NCBI GenBank assembly: GCA_913062575.1
Contig: CAJXVT010000007.1
Coordinates: 967-64,966 of the forward strand
DNA: 64,000 bases
Direction of reading: 5' to 3'
Source: an uncultured Flavobacteriaceae bacterium
GTDB taxonomy: Bacteria > Bacteroidota > Bacteroidia > Flavobacteriales > Flavobacteriaceae
Below, piece after piece: positions 60,617-64,000 of the stretch. The position numbers and the translations under genes are program-made. The first letter of the stretch is position 1; each line of letters opens with the position of its first letter. Under the pieces are notes generated by a model that saw only the letters and a program-made list of their open reading frames with translations, had not been told where the DNA came from and ran no database searches.

Positions 60617-61699
60617 ATGAAGTTCAATGTGCATCCAGACATTAAAAAAGCAGAAACATTACCTGCTACTTTTTATAAAGACAAGGCTGTTTTTGAAGCC
60701 ACAAAAGAAAAGGTTTTTTTAAACTCTTGGCAATGGATTGGTGATCAGGATTTAGTTCCTTTTCCGCAATCTGTGCATCCTTTTGTATTATTAGATGGCT
60801 ATTTAACCGAGCCGTTGGTGTTGACTAAAAACAAAGAAAATGAAATCAATTGTTTGACAAATGTGTGTACTCATAGAGGTAATTTAGTAGCATTAAACTC
60901 TGGTAAATCGAGAAAACTAACGTGTTTTTATCACGGAAGAAGATTCAACTTAAATGGCGATTTTGAACACATGCCTGAGTTTGAACAGACAGAAGATTTT
61001 CCTAGGCCTTGTGACAACCTTCATAAGTTTCCATTAAAAAAATGGGGTAAGTTCTTATTTGCAGGTTTAAACCCTGCGTTTGATTTTCAGCAAGTGCTAG
61101 ATAAAATGAATGAGCGTATAGGCTTTTTGCCTCTAGAAGAATTTTCTTTAGATAGCACTTTATCAAAAGAATATTTAGTGCATGCAAATTGGGCTATTTA
61201 TTGTGATAATTATCTAGAAGGTTTTCATGTTCCTTTTGTGCATCCAGATTTGAATGCTGTATTAGATTATGGTAGTTATAAAACAGAAGTATATGACTAT
61301 TGCAATTTGCAAATAGGATATACAGATGATGCTACTGATATTTTTGACCTACCAAAAGACCATATAGATTATGGTAAAAATGTTGCCGCTTATTACTATT
61401 GGGTTTTCCCAAATATGATGTTTAACTTTTATCCATGGGGATTATCTGTAAATATTGTAAAACCTTTAGATTTGAATAGAACAAAAGTGTCTTTCATTTC
61501 TTATGTATATGATCCAACAAAGCTTAATCAAGGTGCTGCTGGCGATATAGATAAAGTTCAACGCGAAGATGAATTTGTAGTAGAGCATGTGCAAAAAGGA
61601 GTAAAATCTTCTTTTTACAAGGCAGGCAGATTCTCTCCAACTAGAGAACAAGGCGTACATCACTTTCATAGATTATTAGCAGAATTTTTAAACAAATAA
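60617..61699 (+). CDS. Rieske non-heme iron oxygenase alpha subunit (choline monooxygenase/CntA-like)
   Basis: NVCTHRG...CFYHG Rieske site; DNYLEGFHVPFVH mononuclear Fe site; ED acid pair; likely start ATG 60617. Confidence 0.88.
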   Translation: MKFNVHPDIKKAETLPATFYKDKAVFEATKEKVFLNSWQWIGDQDLVPFPQSVHPFVLLDGYLTEPLVLTKNKENEINCLTNVCTHRGNLVALNSGKSRKLTCFYHGRRFNLNGDFEHMPEFEQTEDFPRPCDNLHKFPLKKWGKFLFAGLNPAFDFQQVLDKMNERIGFLPLEEFSLDSTLSKEYLVHANWAIYCDNYLEGFHVPFVHPDLNAVLDYGSYKTEVYDYCNLQIGYTDDATDIFDLPKDHIDYGKNVAAYYYWVFPNMMFNFYPWGLSVNIVKPLDLNRTKVSFISYVYDPTKLNQGAAGDIDKVQREDEFVVEHVQKGVKSSFYKAGRFSPTREQGVHHFHRLLAEFLNK

Positions 61700-61770
61700 A
61701 AATCATTTTAAACGCATCATTTTCCACTAGTATTCTTTAAATTTGGTGCACTTATAAAAAATCACATAGA

Positions 61771-62949
61771 ATGAAACCAGATTTATTTCAAGCTCCAGAT
61801 TACTATCAACTAGACGATTTACTAACTGAAGAACACAAATTAGTTAGAGACGCATCTAGAGAATGGGTAAAAAGAGAAGTATCTCCAATTATTGAAGAAT
61901 ATGCTCAAAAAGCTGAGTTCCCTCATCAAATCATTAATGGTTTGGCAGAGATTGGTGCTTTTGGCCCTTATATTCCAGAAGAATATGGAGGAGCAGGATT
62001 GGATCAAATTTCTTATGGATTGATTATGCAAGAAATTGAACGTGGCGATTCTGGTGTAAGATCTACAGCATCTGTACAATCTTCTTTGGTGATGTATCCA
62101 ATTTGGAAATATGGAAACGAAGAACAACGTCAAAAATACTTACCAAAATTAGCTTCTGGTGAATGGATTGGTTGTTTTGGGTTAACAGAACCAAATCACG
62201 GTTCTAATCCAAGCGGAATGGAAACCAAGTTTAAAGATATGGGAGATCATTATCTTTTAAATGGAGCAAAAATGTGGATTTCTAATGCCCCTTTTGCGCA
62301 AGTTGCTGTGGTTTGGGCTAAGGATGAAACTGGCAGAATTCATGGATTGATTGTTGAACGTGGAATGGAGGGTTTTTCTACTCCAGAGACACATAACAAA
62401 TGGTCTTTAAGAGCTTCTTCAACTGGTGAATTGATTTTTGACAATGTAAAAGTTCCTAAGGAAAACCTATTACCAAATAAATCTGGATTAGGAGCTCCAT
62501 TAGGTTGTTTAGATTCGGCTCGTTACGGTATTGCTTGGGGTGCAATTGGTGCTGCTATGGATTGTTATGATACGGCTTTAAGATATTCAAAAGAGCGTAT
62601 TCAGTTTGGGAAACCGATTGGACAATTTCAATTACAACAAAAGAAACTAGCTGAGATGATTACTGAAATTACCAAAGCACAATTATTAACTTGGCGTTTG
62701 GGTGTTTTACGAAATGAAGATAGAGCAACTTCAGCTCAAATTTCTATGGCGAAACGAAATAATGTAGATATGGCAATTAACATTGCTAGAGAAGCAAGAC
62801 AAATGTTAGGCGGAATGGGGATTTCTGGTGAATATTCAATTATGCGTCATTCTATGAACCTAGAAAGTGTAATTACTTATGAAGGAACTCACGATATTCA
62901 CTTATTGATAACAGGATTGGATATTACAGGATTAAACGCTTTTAAGTAG
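61771..62949 (+). CDS. Acyl-CoA dehydrogenase, glutaryl-CoA dehydrogenase type
   Basis: ERGDSGVRS, FGLTEPNHGS, KMWISN, NLESVITYEGTHDIH. Confidence 0.9.
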   Translation: MKPDLFQAPDYYQLDDLLTEEHKLVRDASREWVKREVSPIIEEYAQKAEFPHQIINGLAEIGAFGPYIPEEYGGAGLDQISYGLIMQEIERGDSGVRSTASVQSSLVMYPIWKYGNEEQRQKYLPKLASGEWIGCFGLTEPNHGSNPSGMETKFKDMGDHYLLNGAKMWISNAPFAQVAVVWAKDETGRIHGLIVERGMEGFSTPETHNKWSLRASSTGELIFDNVKVPKENLLPNKSGLGAPLGCLDSARYGIAWGAIGAAMDCYDTALRYSKERIQFGKPIGQFQLQQKKLAEMITEITKAQLLTWRLGVLRNEDRATSAQISMAKRNNVDMAINIAREARQMLGGMGISGEYSIMRHSMNLESVITYEGTHDIHLLITGLDITGLNAFK

Positions 62950-62992
62950 CAGTCACTGACTGTTTAAATTCTTTACTTTAAATAGAAAAGTT

Positions 62993-63166
62993 TTAAGCAC
63001 TTTTTAATAAAATATTTGGGCATCGCTTACAGTTGATGCCCTTTTTTTTGTACTTATTACAACATTTACTTTTTGGAGTTAAGCAAGTTGCCGAACACAC
63101 GCTATCGCAAATTGATGTAGCAACCAAGGGTTTTATATTTGTTTTTTCAGTATAAAAAATAATCAT
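62993..63166 (-). CDS. Small Cys-rich protein, 57 aa (not in ORF track)
   Basis: Manual translation: MIIFYTEKTNIKPLVATSICDSVCSATCLTPKSKCCNKYKKKGINCKRCPNILLKSA; consensus -7 element TATCTTTG at 63183-63190 upstream. Confidence 0.65.
   Translation of the reverse strand: MIIFYTEKTNIKPLVATSICDSVCSATCLTPKSKCCNKYKKKGINCKRCPNILLKSA
63018..63049 (+). terminator. Putative intrinsic terminator after the acyl-CoA dehydrogenase
   Basis: GGGCATC-N10-GATGCCC followed by T8. Confidence 0.55.
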
Positions 63167-63219
63167 AACCTAAATTATGAGGCAAAGATAAGCGTTTATT
63201 TAGAATAAATAAAAATAAA

Positions 63220-63363
63220 CTACTGTGCTTTATCTTGTTTTTTTGACCCTCCAAAAATCAGTAATAATAGTGCAACAACTAAGCCGATACAAACCAATAC
63301 AAATACACCAATCATAATAGTTCCATTTGTCCAAGAAACTAAAGGTAAATTAAGTCCAAACAT
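63220..63363 (-). CDS. Small single-pass membrane protein, 47 aa (not in ORF track)
   Basis: Manual translation: MFGLNLPLVSWTNGTIMIGVFVLVCIGLVVALLLLIFGGSKKQDKAQ; one TM helix followed by a basic tail. Confidence 0.65.
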   Translation of the reverse strand: MFGLNLPLVSWTNGTIMIGVFVLVCIGLVVALLLLIFGGSKKQDKAQ

Positions 63364-63410
63364 ATCTTTCTATTTTTAAACAAAATTAGAAAGTATCTAG
63401 AATGTAAAAT

Positions 63411-63424
63411 ATGATATTTATCAA
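63411..63424. promoter_or_regulatory. FNR/Crp-type box
   Basis: ATGAT-ATTT-ATCAA, a 9/10 match to TTGAT-N4-ATCAA, upstream of the 47-aa ORF. Confidence 0.5.
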
Positions 63425-63434
63425 GTTCTTCTTT

Positions 63435-64000
63435 TTATATTTCTAATAAGTGGACCTGGTTTCTATGCAATGTAATTATCTTTTTTTTCTCTAATGCTTT
63501 TAATAATCTAGAGATTACAACTCTTGAAGTATGTAAATCATTCGCTATTTCTTTATGTGTGACTTGTATTATTTCATTTTTATTAACTATTGCTTTGTCA
63601 TTTAAATACTTTAATAGTCGCTCATCCATATTTAAAAAAGCAATCGTATCAATTGCATCCAACAATTCTTGCATTCGCTCATGATAGCTTTGTAAAATAA
63701 AACTTTGCCAGGATTTATAGGTGCTCATCCACTCAGCAATTTTATGAACAGGAATCAATAATAGTTCTGTTTCTCTCTCTGCAATTGCTCGAATCTTACT
63801 TTTCGCTTTACCTAAACAACAGGTTATTGTCATTGCGCAAGTGTCTCCTTGTTCAAATTCATCTCCTTGTTCATCTTCTCTTAAGATTTTTATTGCACCG
63901 CTAATTACCAAGGGCATAAACTTAATTTCGCTGCCAATATCAATAAGCTCTTTACCTTCTTTGACTTTTCTATATTCGCCTATTGATAAAATCTCGGCGA
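63435..64000 (-). CDS. Crp/Fnr family transcriptional regulator (5' end beyond window)
   Basis: Frame open to the edge (AEILSIGEYRKVKEGKELIDIGSEIKFMPLV...); cNMP domain GDTCAMT; THKEIANDLHTSRVVISRLLK HTH. Confidence 0.9.
   Translation of the reverse strand, partial: AEILSIGEYRKVKEGKELIDIGSEIKFMPLVISGAIKILREDEQGDEFEQGDTCAMTITCCLGKAKSKIRAIAERETELLLIPVHKIAEWMSTYKSWQSFILQSYHERMQELLDAIDTIAFLNMDERLLKYLNDKAIVNKNEIIQVTHKEIANDLHTSRVVISRLLKALEKKKIITLHRNQVHLLEI

Noticed and set aside
4815-62133. Many short antisense or overlapping ORFs in the track (e.g. 5533-5787, 9354-9740, 36540-36953, 57158-57547)
   Set aside because: They are shadows of well-supported genes, with no motifs or initiation signals.
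1-64000. CRISPR arrays, tRNA/rRNA genes, IS elements, prophage genes
   Set aside because: No repeat-spacer arrays, cloverleafs, transposases, integrases or phage genes were recognised; the intergenic spacers are short and accounted for.

Overview
AT-rich chromosomal window from a marine Flavobacteriaceae-type (Polaribacter/Tenacibaculum-like) bacterium, inferred from T9SS C-terminal domains, TAnnTTTG promoters and gene content. Most of it is housekeeping (ompA partial, kbl, AddA-like helicase, mfd, dprA, envC operon, ABC-F, purD, S41 protease, rnpA, glutaryl-CoA dehydrogenase) plus a surface-glycan cluster. I found no rRNA, tRNA, CRISPR or IS element. Most notable: (1) a DtxR/MntR repressor and Mn/Fe ABC importer share a 36-bp palindromic operator with a divergent operon encoding a di-heme cytochrome c lipoprotein, a Tat-exported Rieske protein and an outer-membrane porin, a candidate redox-coupled metal acquisition system; (2) an unannotated 57-aa microprotein with 7 Cys, a FhuF-like CC-x9-C-x2-C motif, its own promoter and an operator-like palindrome; (3) a DDAH-family hydrolase and amino-acid permease divergent from a quaternary-amine-type Rieske oxygenase and glutaryl-CoA dehydrogenase, possibly for methylated amino-acid catabolism; (4) a PhoBR-linked TonB receptor with an exact 11-bp-period repeat array; (5) a conserved hypothetical protein with HipA/PI3K-like kinase motifs. 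Functional calls come from motif recognition only; no database searches were run.
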